This document shows positions 1-8,910 of a stretch of DNA of 64,000 bases, piece by piece. Source of the stretch: Patescibacteria group bacterium (GTDB taxonomy: Bacteria > Patescibacteriota > Patescibacteriia > UBA1558 > GWA2-36-10); NCBI GenBank assembly GCA_018819405.1, contig JAHJQF010000001.1, positions 98,097-162,096 of the forward strand. Direction: 5' to 3'. A program made the position numbers and the translations under genes. The notes beneath the pieces were generated by a model that was not told where the DNA came from, searched no databases, and saw nothing but the letters and a program-made list of their open reading frames with translations. Numbering within the stretch: position 1 is the first letter of the stretch; each line of letters begins with the position of its first letter.

Positions 1-762
1 AGCATCTGAAAAAACACGTGGCCATAGATAAATACCTATCATACCGACTACTATCATCCCAAAAAATTTAACTATCATGCCAAAAATTCCAGCTTTATCC
101 AAAAACCTATCCTTTTCTTTTACTATTTTATTAAAAGAAATATCACCTACTACAAAATCTTTATTTATATTTAATTTGCTCAAAGACTGATAATAAAGAT
201 TTCCTCCTACATTGGCTCCTTCACTCAGTTGCAAAGGATTGTTGGCTGGCGTACCAGAAAGATATACATCTACATCATTTATAACCTTGCCGCTGATAGA
301 AGCTTTTTCCATAGCACCTTCTAGTCTACCAATTTCTCCGACAATAGAAACCATCTGACCAAAAAATGTAACATGGCCCAATACTTTACCATTACTATCA
401 ACCCTAAAATTTTGTCCCAGAGCCATGGCATTGCCACTAACTTCACCCGACACATCTACTCTTTGTCCGACTGCTCTGATAGATCCATTTATCTTGCCTT
501 TTATGGATATATTGTTTCCAGCTACAAAAATATCACCATTTATATTTTCTGAATCAATAGTGATTGTGTCACCAGCTACAAAAATGTCACCATTTACAGT
601 ACCATAAATTTCTATGGAATTACCGGCAGCATAGTAGTTTGTGTTTATGACCTTATCTTTGGCCAGAGTGACTACTTCACCACTTTGCCCGGCAAAAGCT
701 AAGGCTGACAAAGGCAAAGCCAAAAGCAGTGAAAAAATGACTAATTTTACGTGTTTAAACAT
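1..762 (-). CDS. Secreted/membrane protein with polymer-forming cytoskeletal (bactofilin-like) beta-repeats; 3' end runs off the window
   Basis: Manual translation from ATG at 762: MFKHVKLVIFSLLLALPLSALA signal peptide, repeated NGDIFVAG motifs, then a hydrophobic segment; open to position 1. Confidence 0.7.
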   Translation of the reverse strand, partial: MFKHVKLVIFSLLLALPLSALAFAGQSGEVVTLAKDKVINTNYYAAGNSIEIYGTVNGDIFVAGDTITIDSENINGDIFVAGNNISIKGKINGSIRAVGQRVDVSGEVSGNAMALGQNFRVDSNGKVLGHVTFFGQMVSIVGEIGRLEGAMEKASISGKVINDVDVYLSGTPANNPLQLSEGANVGGNLYYQSLSKLNINKDFVVGDISFNKIVKEKDRFLDKAGIFGMIVKFFGMIVVGMIGIYLWPRVFSDA

Positions 763-838
763 AGTTGTTTTATTACTAATTATGTCCCTACATTTTAGCA
801 AATAGCCCCTAAAAATACAATTTTTTAGTTTTTAAAAA

Positions 839-865
839 AGTCCTACACCGTCACGGTGTAGGACT
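839..865. terminator. Hairpin AGTCCTACACCG-TCA-CGGTGTAGGACT; terminator for the methyltransferase; member of a dispersed hairpin family
   Basis: 12-bp perfect inverted repeat followed by a T-run on the minus strand. Confidence 0.7.
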
Positions 866-870
866 GCCTT

Positions 871-1545
871 TTACTTTGTCTTCTGAACAAAAGCATTTAT
901 ATTATATTTGGTCTTATAGACTCCCTCTGGCTGAAGATCAAAATGAGTCACTTTTAAAAGATAAACCAACTCACCGGTAGTAAAACTGTGATAGTATCGC
1001 CACTGTATATTATTTTTATCAGAGCGCCAAGGAATAAAAAAATCATTCCAGGAATGCTTGGACCAAAATTTTTCTAAAGAATATTTGAGATATTTTTTTT
1101 GCCATAGATTCCAATTGGTCATAAAAAGATAGCCCCCCGGCTTGAGCCAACGATTTATTTTAAAAAGTAGCTCCAAGCGCTCTCTTCTACTAGGGATGTG
1201 ATGAAAAGAGGCTATCATAAAAATCATATCAAAAGTGCCGGGCTCAAAATTCAAATCCACCATATCAGCTACTATAAATCTAGTGTCGGGGTGTTGTTTT
1301 CTGGCTTCCGCAACCAAATTTTCGCTAAAATCAACCCCTAGATAATTAAATTTTATATTGGCTGGTTGTATAGATTTTAAAAGTCGTCCATTACCGCAAC
1401 CCAGGTCTAAAATCTTGAAGTTATCTTTTATATATGGTATAAAGACTTGTAACTCTTGCCAAGGATAAACTCTAGTATGATTAAAATCACGGGCTACTTC
1501 GTTATATACGTTTTTAAGATGACTTTTTACTTTTTCACTTTTCAT
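871..1545 (-). CDS. Trm9/ALKBH8-like class I SAM methyltransferase (putative tRNA cm5U methyltransferase)
   Basis: VYNEVARDFNHTRVYPW, ILDLGCGNGR, IASFHHIPSRRER, LKPGG, DFFIPW and RYYHSF follow the Trm9 motif order; ATG at 1545 preferred over the ORF-track start at 1596. Confidence 0.75.
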   Translation of the reverse strand: MKSEKVKSHLKNVYNEVARDFNHTRVYPWQELQVFIPYIKDNFKILDLGCGNGRLLKSIQPANIKFNYLGVDFSENLVAEARKQHPDTRFIVADMVDLNFEPGTFDMIFMIASFHHIPSRRERLELLFKINRWLKPGGYLFMTNWNLWQKKYLKYSLEKFWSKHSWNDFFIPWRSDKNNIQWRYYHSFTTGELVYLLKVTHFDLQPEGVYKTKYNINAFVQKTK

Positions 1546-3184
1546 GCCAAAAAATATAAATAAAATATTAAAAGACGTTGTGCTGGAATTAAACAAGAAA
1601 AACTATTCCCATAATCTTGATTTTGTCCGAGACCTGAGAACTGTTTTTTCCAAACACTCTATTGCCCCAGAAGCAAAATCTAAACTTATTGTAACATATA
1701 AAGATTTGATTAAAAAGGGTATTATAAAAGAAAATAAAAAACTTGAACAACTACTGACCAAGAGGGCTGTCCGCACACTATCTGGTGTATCAGTCATTAC
1801 CGTCCTTACCAGGCCATACCATTGCCCAGGCAGATGCATCTATTGCCCACTTGAGCCTGGTATGCCCAAAAGCTATTTGTCCAATGAACCAGCGGCTCAA
1901 CGTGCCAAACGTAATTTTTTTGATCCTATCAGACAGGTGAACATGAGAATCCAAGCTTTGCAAAACAACGGCCACCAAGTAGATAAAATTGAAATAATAG
2001 TCTTGGGAGAAACCTGGTCAGCTTATCCAAAAAAATATCAAACTTCATTTATCCGTGACCTTTTTTATGCGGCCAATGTTTTCCGTTCGGCAAGCTCAGG
2101 ACAGGTTAACAAAAAAAATAAAAGGAAAGCTCGCTCACTCAAAGCTGAACAAAAAATAAATGAAAAGGCTCGTTACAAAATAATCGGCCTGACACTGGAA
2201 ACCAGACCAGACCACATCACTACTCAAGAAATAAAAAGACTACGCATGCTCGGAGCTACTCGTATGCAAATTGGTGTCCAGCACACTGATAATAAAATAC
2301 TTGATCTCATACAACGCGACCATCCAATAGAGCAAAGCATAAAGGCTACTCGTATGCTCAAAGAGGCCGGCTTCAAGGTAGACCATCACTATATGCCCGA
2401 CTTACCTGGTTCTACTCCAGCCAAAGATCTGAAAATGTTTGAGTATGTCTATAACTCTCCTGACCTACAACCTGACCAAATCAAAATATATCCTTGTGTA
2501 GTAAATGAGTATGCCCCCCTATACCAATGGTACAAAAAAGGCAAATACAAACCTTACAGCCCAAAAGAATTACTTGATCTTCTTTTGAAAATAAAAAAAA
2601 TAACACCTCCTTGGATAAGAATTAATCGCCTAATAAGAGACATACCTGAAGAAAGTATTATTGCCGGCAACAAAATCACCAACCTGCGTCAATATCTACA
2701 GGCGGAACTAAAAAAGCGAGGTCAATCTTGTCAGTGTTTGCGTTGCCGTGAAGTACGCGGTGATACCAAAGATGTAGACAAAGCTGTTTTGGTAAAAAGA
2801 GAATTTGCCGCTTCCCAAGGACAAGAAATATTTTTGAGTTTTGAAAGTAAAGACCATAAAAAAGTCTATGCTTTCCTGCGTCTAAGGTTTAATAAAAATC
2901 CAGAAAAAAATATATTTGCCGAATTAAAAAATGCCAGTCTAGTCAGGGAGCTACATGTCTATGGACAAATGATACCAACTTATGATGAAAAATCTGACGA
3001 AGAAATATCTCAAACCCAACACCTGGGACTGGGCAAACGCTTGATGGCCGAAGCAGAAAAAATCACCCACTCCCACGGCCTCAATAAAGTAGCGGTCATA
3101 TCAGGAATAGGAGTAAGAAATTATTACCGCAAATTAGGCTATCGTCTGGAGGGCACCTATATGACCAAGACTTTGACAAAATAA
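1544..3184 (+). CDS. elp3: Elp3-family tRNA uridine(34) acetyltransferase (radical SAM + GNAT)
   Basis: RTLSGV, CPGRCIYCP, PKSY, ETRPD, KIYP, RINRLIRDIP, CQCLRCRE, RELHVYG, QHLGLGKRLM, ISGIGVRNYYRKLGY. Confidence 0.92.
   Translation: MPKNINKILKDVVLELNKKNYSHNLDFVRDLRTVFSKHSIAPEAKSKLIVTYKDLIKKGIIKENKKLEQLLTKRAVRTLSGVSVITVLTRPYHCPGRCIYCPLEPGMPKSYLSNEPAAQRAKRNFFDPIRQVNMRIQALQNNGHQVDKIEIIVLGETWSAYPKKYQTSFIRDLFYAANVFRSASSGQVNKKNKRKARSLKAEQKINEKARYKIIGLTLETRPDHITTQEIKRLRMLGATRMQIGVQHTDNKILDLIQRDHPIEQSIKATRMLKEAGFKVDHHYMPDLPGSTPAKDLKMFEYVYNSPDLQPDQIKIYPCVVNEYAPLYQWYKKGKYKPYSPKELLDLLLKIKKITPPWIRINRLIRDIPEESIIAGNKITNLRQYLQAELKKRGQSCQCLRCREVRGDTKDVDKAVLVKREFAASQGQEIFLSFESKDHKKVYAFLRLRFNKNPEKNIFAELKNASLVRELHVYGQMIPTYDEKSDEEISQTQHLGLGKRLMAEAEKITHSHGLNKVAVISGIGVRNYYRKLGYRLEGTYMTKTLTK
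2082..2105 (+). repeat. REP-like fragment CCGTTCGGCAAGCTCAGGACAGG in-frame inside elp3
   Basis: GC-rich island encoding RSASSGQ in a variable loop; resembles the widespread CTTCGACAAGCTCAGG palindromic repeat (recalled, not searched). Confidence 0.45.
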
Positions 3185-3252
3185 ACTAAATATAATTAAA
3201 TACAATAAAAGATCTTTAAACAACTGTCTTTCTCACAACAAGGAGGCTAAAA

Positions 3253-3540
3253 TTGAACACTTCCAGACACTCTATCAGCCTGCACAGGTCTGATGGAAAA
3301 CTAGGGGTGGACTTTGACTCTCCTGAAACACTAGCCAAATTCTTGGCTATACTAATAGAGGAAGGAAAGCCCGAAAACAGCTACTTGATCCCGGTCTTAG
3401 AAAATAATGGTGTAGTACCCAGAGACAACCCAGACTTTCGAGCCTTGCTCGATAGATTAGGTGTCACCGACTACACTATTCCCAATGTTCTGCGCGCTCG
3501 CTTTTTAGAAAAACTCCCCAAACTAGAAAAGGAGTCATGA
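3253..3540 (+). CDS. Hypothetical protein (ORFan)
   Basis: TTG start with AGGAGG at 3241-3246; 95 aa. Confidence 0.6.
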   Translation: MNTSRHSISLHRSDGKLGVDFDSPETLAKFLAILIEEGKPENSYLIPVLENNGVVPRDNPDFRALLDRLGVTDYTIPNVLRARFLEKLPKLEKES

Positions 3541-3541
3541 C

Positions 3542-3991
3542 ATGGAATATGAACTCAACCTAGGTTGGTTCGAAAAACTCCCGCTTGACCAAAAGGACGG
3601 ACTGATCAAGAACATCGAGGTGCGTGCCTCCAGAGACCTGTTTTCGGACAGGGAAGTACGCCTGGCCGCTGATGTCTGCCTGCCCATCCTCCGGGCTATC
3701 CGCCAGGGTCATGGCATCACTGCTGAGAGTCTGGACCTGGTCCAGCTGGCTGAAAGCCGAGGATTTCGTCGCTCGGAGATTGAGCCTATCATCAGGAAAG
3801 CCTGGCATCTGTTTCAAACGCCAATTCCCACCAAGCGAGCCGCTCGCTACATCGGCAAATCGCCACGACAGGCCAGACGTTTAGTAGCTCGGATGGCTCG
3901 CCGTAACGATGATGTGATCAAGACCGCCAAAGGCTGGCTGGTTCCTCTGGCCGCTCTCGATTCCTACCTGACTGGCGAGTGGCGGCCATAA
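3542..3991 (+). CDS. Hypothetical protein with C-terminal excisionase-like HTH
   Basis: AAGGAG upstream; C-terminal IPTKRAARYIGKSPRQARRL...KTAKGWLVPLAALDSYL resembles HTH_17; GC-rich. Confidence 0.6.
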   Translation: MEYELNLGWFEKLPLDQKDGLIKNIEVRASRDLFSDREVRLAADVCLPILRAIRQGHGITAESLDLVQLAESRGFRRSEIEPIIRKAWHLFQTPIPTKRAARYIGKSPRQARRLVARMARRNDDVIKTAKGWLVPLAALDSYLTGEWRP

Positions 3992-4004
3992 GCAGCCACA
4001 AGCA

Positions 4005-4056
4005 AATAGCCGGTCGCCTCGCTCTGCAAATGCAGAAGCGGGCGACCGGCTCTATT
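4005..4056. terminator. GC-rich hairpin closing the ORFan pair
   Basis: GCCGGTCGCC...GGCGACCGGC inverted repeat. Confidence 0.6.
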
Positions 4057-4096
4057 AAACTTTATAAAAAAATATTGCCTATCGTTTATAATGTAC

Positions 4097-4170
4097 TTTA
4101 CCCCGTTAAATAAACTCAAAGAATTTGAGTTTAATTTTAAGTGTTGCTTAAAATTATTTAACGGGGTAAA
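4097..4170. repeat. ACCCCGTTA-family palindromic element, copy 1
   Basis: 17-bp perfect terminal inverted repeat TTTACCCCGTTAAATAA/TTATTTAACGGGGTAAA enclosing two hairpins. Confidence 0.8.
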
Positions 4171-4174
4171 CTAA

Positions 4175-4206
4175 ACCCAGCACCTTTTTTAAAAAAGGTG
4201 CTGGGT
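4175..4206. repeat. Perfect 32-bp palindrome upstream of glyA
   Basis: ACCCAGCACCTTTTTT-AAAAAAGGTGCTGGGT. Confidence 0.75.
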
Positions 4207-4232
4207 GAATAACGTAATTAATACCCAATAAA

Positions 4233-5495
4233 ATGACAAATATAGAAAAAAACGATCCACAAATTGCCAAAATACTTCAACAAGAATTGAGACGCCAAAG
4301 ACAGGGTGCTGAGATGATTGCCTCGGAAAATTTTGTCTCGCCTGCTGTACTAGAAGCCGCTGGTTCAGTCCTGACCAACAAATACTCTGAAGGTTATCCG
4401 AATAAAAGATACTATGGTGGCAATGAATTTATAGATCAATCTGAACAACTAGCCATTGATAGAGCCAAAAAATTATTTGGAGCCGAGCACGCCAATGTCC
4501 AGCCTCATGCTGGAAGTCCAGCCAATCTAGCAGCTTATTTTGCCTTGACTGATTTGGGTGATACTATTTTAGGATTTTCACTGGCTCACGGCGGACATTT
4601 GACCCATGGGCATCCGGTCAATTTTTCCGGCAAATTTTACAATTTTGTCCATTACGGAGTAGACAAAAAAACCGAGTTAATAGATTTTGACGAGGTTACT
4701 AAATTGGCCAGAGAACATAAACCAAAAATAATCTTGGCTGGAGCTTCAGCTTATTCTAGAAAAATTGATTTTGACAAATTCAAAAACATTGCTGATGAGG
4801 TTGGCGCCTACCTAATGGTAGACATGGCTCATATTGCCGGACTGGTAGCTGTTGGATTACATCCCGATCCAATTCCTTATGCCGATGTAGTGACTACCAC
4901 CACTCACAAAACATTGCGCGGTCCCAGAGGCGCGATGATACTTTCCAAAATTGAAGACCGACTGCACCCTGATGACAAAAAGAATCTGGCCCAAAAAATT
5001 GACTCGGCAGTTTTCCCTGGTATGCAAGGTGGACCCTTGGAACATATCATTGCTGCCAAAGCTGTGGCCTTCAAAGAAGCCTTAGAACCATCTTTTAAAG
5101 ACTACCAAAGTCAAATACTAAAAAATTGTAAAGTCCTAGAAAATAAATTCCGTGAAGCTGATATCCGCATGGTCTCAGGTGGCACTGACAATCATCTTTT
5201 GATGATTGATGTCACCACAGTCGGTCTCAGCGGCAAAGAAGCTGAAACACTTCTTGATAAAATCCATATTTTTACCAACAAAAATATGATACCTTACGAC
5301 CCGCGGACACCTTTTGATCCGTCAGGCATCAGACTAGGAACCGCTGCTCTTACTACCCGTGGATTAAAAGAAAAAGATATAGAGATAATCTCTGATATTA
5401 TTATTGACACTCTAAAATCTAAACAAGCCAGAGAGGAAAATAAAACAAAGGTCACGGAATTGATGAAAAAATTTGAGCTTTACCCAGAATTGTAA
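4233..5495 (+). CDS. glyA: Serine hydroxymethyltransferase
   Basis: [30 protein letters not shown]-lysine motif. Confidence 0.97.
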   Translation: MTNIEKNDPQIAKILQQELRRQRQGAEMIASENFVSPAVLEAAGSVLTNKYSEGYPNKRYYGGNEFIDQSEQLAIDRAKKLFGAEHANVQPHAGSPANLAAYFALTDLGDTILGFSLAHGGHLTHGHPVNFSGKFYNFVHYGVDKKTELIDFDEVTKLAREHKPKIILAGASAYSRKIDFDKFKNIADEVGAYLMVDMAHIAGLVAVGLHPDPIPYADVVTTTTHKTLRGPRGAMILSKIEDRLHPDDKKNLAQKIDSAVFPGMQGGPLEHIIAAKAVAFKEALEPSFKDYQSQILKNCKVLENKFREADIRMVSGGTDNHLLMIDVTTVGLSGKEAETLLDKIHIFTNKNMIPYDPRTPFDPSGIRLGTAALTTRGLKEKDIEIISDIIIDTLKSKQAREENKTKVTELMKKFELYPEL

Positions 5496-5500
5496 ACCAA

Positions 5501-5580
5501 TTGTCATTACGAACGTAGTGAAGTAATCCAAACTTTTAGATTGCTTCGTCGTTCGCTACGCTCTCTCCTCGCAATGACAA
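5501..5580 (+). repeat. GTCATT(A/G)CGA...TCGCAATGAC palindromic repeat, copy 1
   Basis: Terminal inverted repeat plus internal GAAGTAATC/GATTGCTTC stem; homologous to 8911-8989 in reverse orientation. Confidence 0.75.
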
Positions 5581-5592
5581 ATACGAAAAACT

Positions 5593-6426
5593 ATGGACAA
5601 AATAATTGACGGCCAAAAACTGGCAGAAAAAATTAGGCAGGAAATTAAACAAGAAATATGCGCCAAAAAATTGAAGCCCAGTTTGGCAGTGATTTTAGTT
5701 GGTTCTGATCCAGCTAGTCAGCTTTATGTATCCAAAAAGAAAAAAGCCTCGCAAGATGTTGGTATTGATTTTCATGAATACCTTTTGGAAGCTGACAGTA
5801 GCCAAGAAAAAGTCTTGGAAGTAATAGATTTTTTAAACAAAGACACTAGTGTAGATGCCATACTTGTCCAACTGCCCTTACCAAAACATTTGGATACCGA
5901 CACAATTATCAAAGCTATTGATCCCAAAAAAGATGTAGATGGTTTTCATCCAGACAATATCAAAGACTTTTTAAATGACAAGGCTTTAATCACGCCTGGA
6001 TTGCCCTTGGGAGTTTTGAGAATATTGGAGCACACTAATCAAAATCTAGAAAACAAAACAGCTGTCATAGTTTCCAAAAGTACTGTCTTTGCCGGGCCAA
6101 TGATAAAAATCTTGGAAGATAGAAAAATAAAAGTCCAACAAATAATGCCTGATGACAAAAACCTAGGTGCCAAAACCAGTCAGGCTGATATTCTGATAGT
6201 TTCTTGTGGCAAAGCTTTTTTTATAAAAGAAGATATGGTAAAAAATGATTCCATAGTCATAGATATCGGTACAAATAAAATCGACAACAATTATGTTGTC
6301 GGTGATGTCGATTATAGTGCGGTGTTTGATAAAGTAAAATTTATCACTCCGGTACCAGGTGGCGTCGGACCAATGACCGTGGCTATGCTACTTTATAATA
6401 CTGTCAAACTAGCTGAAGCTGGATAA
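5593..6426 (+). CDS. folD: Methylenetetrahydrofolate dehydrogenase/cyclohydrolase
   Basis: ILVQLPLP, KDVDGFHP, ITPVPGGVGPMT. Confidence 0.96.
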   Translation: MDKIIDGQKLAEKIRQEIKQEICAKKLKPSLAVILVGSDPASQLYVSKKKKASQDVGIDFHEYLLEADSSQEKVLEVIDFLNKDTSVDAILVQLPLPKHLDTDTIIKAIDPKKDVDGFHPDNIKDFLNDKALITPGLPLGVLRILEHTNQNLENKTAVIVSKSTVFAGPMIKILEDRKIKVQQIMPDDKNLGAKTSQADILIVSCGKAFFIKEDMVKNDSIVIDIGTNKIDNNYVVGDVDYSAVFDKVKFITPVPGGVGPMTVAMLLYNTVKLAEAG

Positions 6427-6430
6427 AAAA

Positions 6431-6465
6431 AGCCCCAACCAGTCTTTACTAAGACTGCTGGGGCT
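6431..6465. terminator. Hairpin between convergent folD and ORFan
   Basis: AGCCCCA..CAGTCTT/AAGACTG..TGGGGCT, with an A-run on the left. Confidence 0.6.
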
Positions 6466-6489
6466 ATAGAAGAAGCCTGATGACAAGTA

Positions 6490-7116
6490 TCACCGATGAC
6501 AAACAAACACTATTTGTCTGTCGCCAGCAAAAAACTCATCATTCTTGGAGCCAATATGCTTGCCCACAAGGAAATTGGTGGATGCAGCATCAGGGTGGAT
6601 GCAAAAAATGACCAGATCGCCACTAACTCTGAGTTTGACAGGTTCCATAGCCAAGTAAAGCCATTCGTTCCAATGTCCATAATGTTGCAAACGCAATTGG
6701 GGACCAAGCTCAAACGGACATAGACCGTAACCCAACTCCAGACCGCGTTGGCAGATGTCGGGGTAGCGCGCGCCATCCTTGAAGCCGAGTTCTGCCACAG
6801 TCGGAGCAACAACATTGACCTCCATGGGCTGATCAAGAATCTCAATGTCAGTCTGGTCCAACATAGCACCGCCTACACGATCAACCTTCATGCCTTTTTC
6901 AGCAAAGGCTTGATAGAAATCACGACTTGTCTTAAGACCCGTGCCGAGCTTTACTCGACACAATACTGGGGAAAACCCAAAGGCTTTGCGCAAAATAGCA
7001 CGGAGTTTTTCTGGTTTACTGACGTAGACCTCCATCTCTTGACTGGACATCGTGGGTAAGTTTTCCACGACCACAGCAACAAAAGTCAACACTAGGTTAA
7101 AAAGTGACTTCGGCAT
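6490..7116 (-). CDS. Hypothetical protein (ORFan-type cassette)
   Basis: 208 aa; AAGGAG SD; motif TVAELGF...GLELGYGLCPFELGPQLRLQ...WLYLAMEP; GC-richer than flanks. Confidence 0.75.
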   Translation of the reverse strand: MPKSLFNLVLTFVAVVVENLPTMSSQEMEVYVSKPEKLRAILRKAFGFSPVLCRVKLGTGLKTSRDFYQAFAEKGMKVDRVGGAMLDQTDIEILDQPMEVNVVAPTVAELGFKDGARYPDICQRGLELGYGLCPFELGPQLRLQHYGHWNEWLYLAMEPVKLRVSGDLVIFCIHPDAASTNFLVGKHIGSKNDEFFAGDRQIVFVCHR

Positions 7117-7167
7117 GGCTGTTCTCCTTTATGAGGCTGGTGTTGGTTTAAGGGACACTAACTATCT

Positions 7168-7202
7168 AATATATTGACAATTTATAAATTTGTCTATACT
7201 AT
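7168..7202. promoter_or_regulatory. Overlapping divergent sigma70-type promoters
   Basis: + strand TTGACA(7174)-17-TACTAT(7197); - strand TAGACA(7196)-17-TATATT(7173). Confidence 0.65.
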
Positions 7203-7299
7203 AAAACATAATTGTCATAAAAATACAAAAATTATATAATTTATCAAAATATTATCTAATATTAGTCAATAAAATATCTACATAAAATAATAATATTGT

Positions 7300-8055
7300 A
7301 TGAATATAGCTACAACTTTAAAAAATATTGGTTTTGATGATAATAAAGCCAGAGTATATCAGGCTTTATTATCCCTTGGTACTGCACCAGCTGGCGCCAT
7401 CGCCGCCAAATCTGGCATAGTAAGATCTACTGTCTATAAAATCTTGGAAGAGTTGATTAGTGATGGTTTAGCAGAAAATGTTGAGGGCAAGGTCAAAAAA
7501 TTTATTGCTCTACATCCAAGCGCCTTAATAAGAATGCTGGAAAATAAAAAAACAGCCACAGAAAATATTCTGCCAGAATTATTAGGAATATTTACCTCTC
7601 CAAAATTTAAACCTCGCCTGAAATTTTATGAGGGTCTAGATGGCAAGAAAAAAGTTTTTGCAGATATCTTAACTTTACAAAATGACATTGTCTATACTTT
7701 TTCCCCCATCCAAGAAATCCTAACTGTTTTTGGGAAAACCTACAGCAAACATTTTACAGAAAAAAGAGTAAAGAATAAAATTTGGCGCTATGCTTTGCGT
7801 TCAATTGAAACAACAGCCGACAAAACCAAAGAGTGGGAATTTTACGGCTCTGATGAAAAACTGATGCGACAAATCCGCTTTTTGCCGCCAAAAATAAAAT
7901 GCGATACTTTAATTCAAATATACGCTGATAAAATATCAGTCGTTGCCTCACATAATGAAAATTATGCTTTTATTATTGAGAGTAAAGAATTATCAGGCCT
8001 TATGAAACAATTATTTTTGTGGCTTTGGAATACAGCTGATAAACCATCACAATAA
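7300..8055 (+). CDS. TrmB-family transcriptional regulator
   Basis: N-terminal wHTH (LKNIGFDDNKARVYQALL...IVRSTVYKILEEL), FYEGLDG linker. Confidence 0.85.
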   Translation: MNIATTLKNIGFDDNKARVYQALLSLGTAPAGAIAAKSGIVRSTVYKILEELISDGLAENVEGKVKKFIALHPSALIRMLENKKTATENILPELLGIFTSPKFKPRLKFYEGLDGKKKVFADILTLQNDIVYTFSPIQEILTVFGKTYSKHFTEKRVKNKIWRYALRSIETTADKTKEWEFYGSDEKLMRQIRFLPPKIKCDTLIQIYADKISVVASHNENYAFIIESKELSGLMKQLFLWLWNTADKPSQ

Positions 8056-8104
8056 ACTCTTCTGCCAACCACTTATGAGTGCGACCGCCCTATTGGCGAT
8101 ATTT

Positions 8105-8896
8105 CTACAATAATGTATTTTGCCAAGAACCCATCTTGCCGGCCACTTTGGCAGTTTTTATTTTATCCACATCAAATATTCTGACCGCGTCTCTTAGATG
8201 ACAGTGCGCTTTTATCTTATTGCCATCAATTCTTTGAATATCAATTTTTCTGATAGTAGTTTTACCTTTGTCATCCATATATTCAATTTCTAATTGATCA
8301 CCATTTTTCAAGGCAGCTACTATCTTGTCAGGGACTGTCTTACCATTGCCATTGGACCAGCGAGCTACTATTTTTTCTTTGCGCCCAGCATTGGTGTACC
8401 AAATATAGCCATGCTCCTTGCCATAATCATAAACTTCTTTGGTTACCTTCACATCATCCAAACAATATTTTATAAGGCTGTCCCAATCACCTTGCCTATA
8501 ATAAAATATAGCATCCAATCCTGCGCCTGACTTACCATAACCCAAAGTACTCTGAGCAACTGTTTCCAGCTTGAGACGATGCCCAAGAGCAAAGACTACC
8601 TCTTCTAAAATGTCCAGGTGCCCGATAGTGCTCAAATTAAAATCCTTGAAATATGGCTGAAGCACTGTAAAATCAAAACTCTTACTATTAAAACCAATAA
8701 CTAACTCGGTATTTTTGAGTAATTCCAAAAGCTCACCAAATTCCTCTTCTTTGAAAGCCCTGTATCCGTTGCGATTATAAGAATAGACGCCCACCACTGA
8801 TACGCCCAAAAGATGACGATTGTGCTGACCACCCACTTCATCAAAAGTTTTTTTGGTTTCAAGGTCTAATACGATTTTGTCTTTATTTTCTGACAT
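8105..8896 (-). CDS. YprB/RNase_H_2-like DEDD exonuclease fused to a C-terminal WYL-like domain
   Basis: VLDLETK, IGFNSKSFD, HLDIL, YCLDDV; C-terminal IEYMDDKGKTTIRKI...AHCHLRDAVRIFDVDKI. Confidence 0.8.
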   Translation of the reverse strand: MSENKDKIVLDLETKKTFDEVGGQHNRHLLGVSVVGVYSYNRNGYRAFKEEEFGELLELLKNTELVIGFNSKSFDFTVLQPYFKDFNLSTIGHLDILEEVVFALGHRLKLETVAQSTLGYGKSGAGLDAIFYYRQGDWDSLIKYCLDDVKVTKEVYDYGKEHGYIWYTNAGRKEKIVARWSNGNGKTVPDKIVAALKNGDQLEIEYMDDKGKTTIRKIDIQRIDGNKIKAHCHLRDAVRIFDVDKIKTAKVAGKMGSWQNTLL

Positions 8897-8910
8897 AATG
8901 TTTTATTATT

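Noticed and set aside
425-607. 60-aa plus-strand ORF
   Set aside because: Antisense shadow of the minus-strand gene at 1-762; the same applies to most short ORFs opposite housekeeping genes
4060-4232. ZTP/THF riboswitch before glyA-folD
   Set aside because: No recognisable aptamer consensus; the structure is explained by repeat elements
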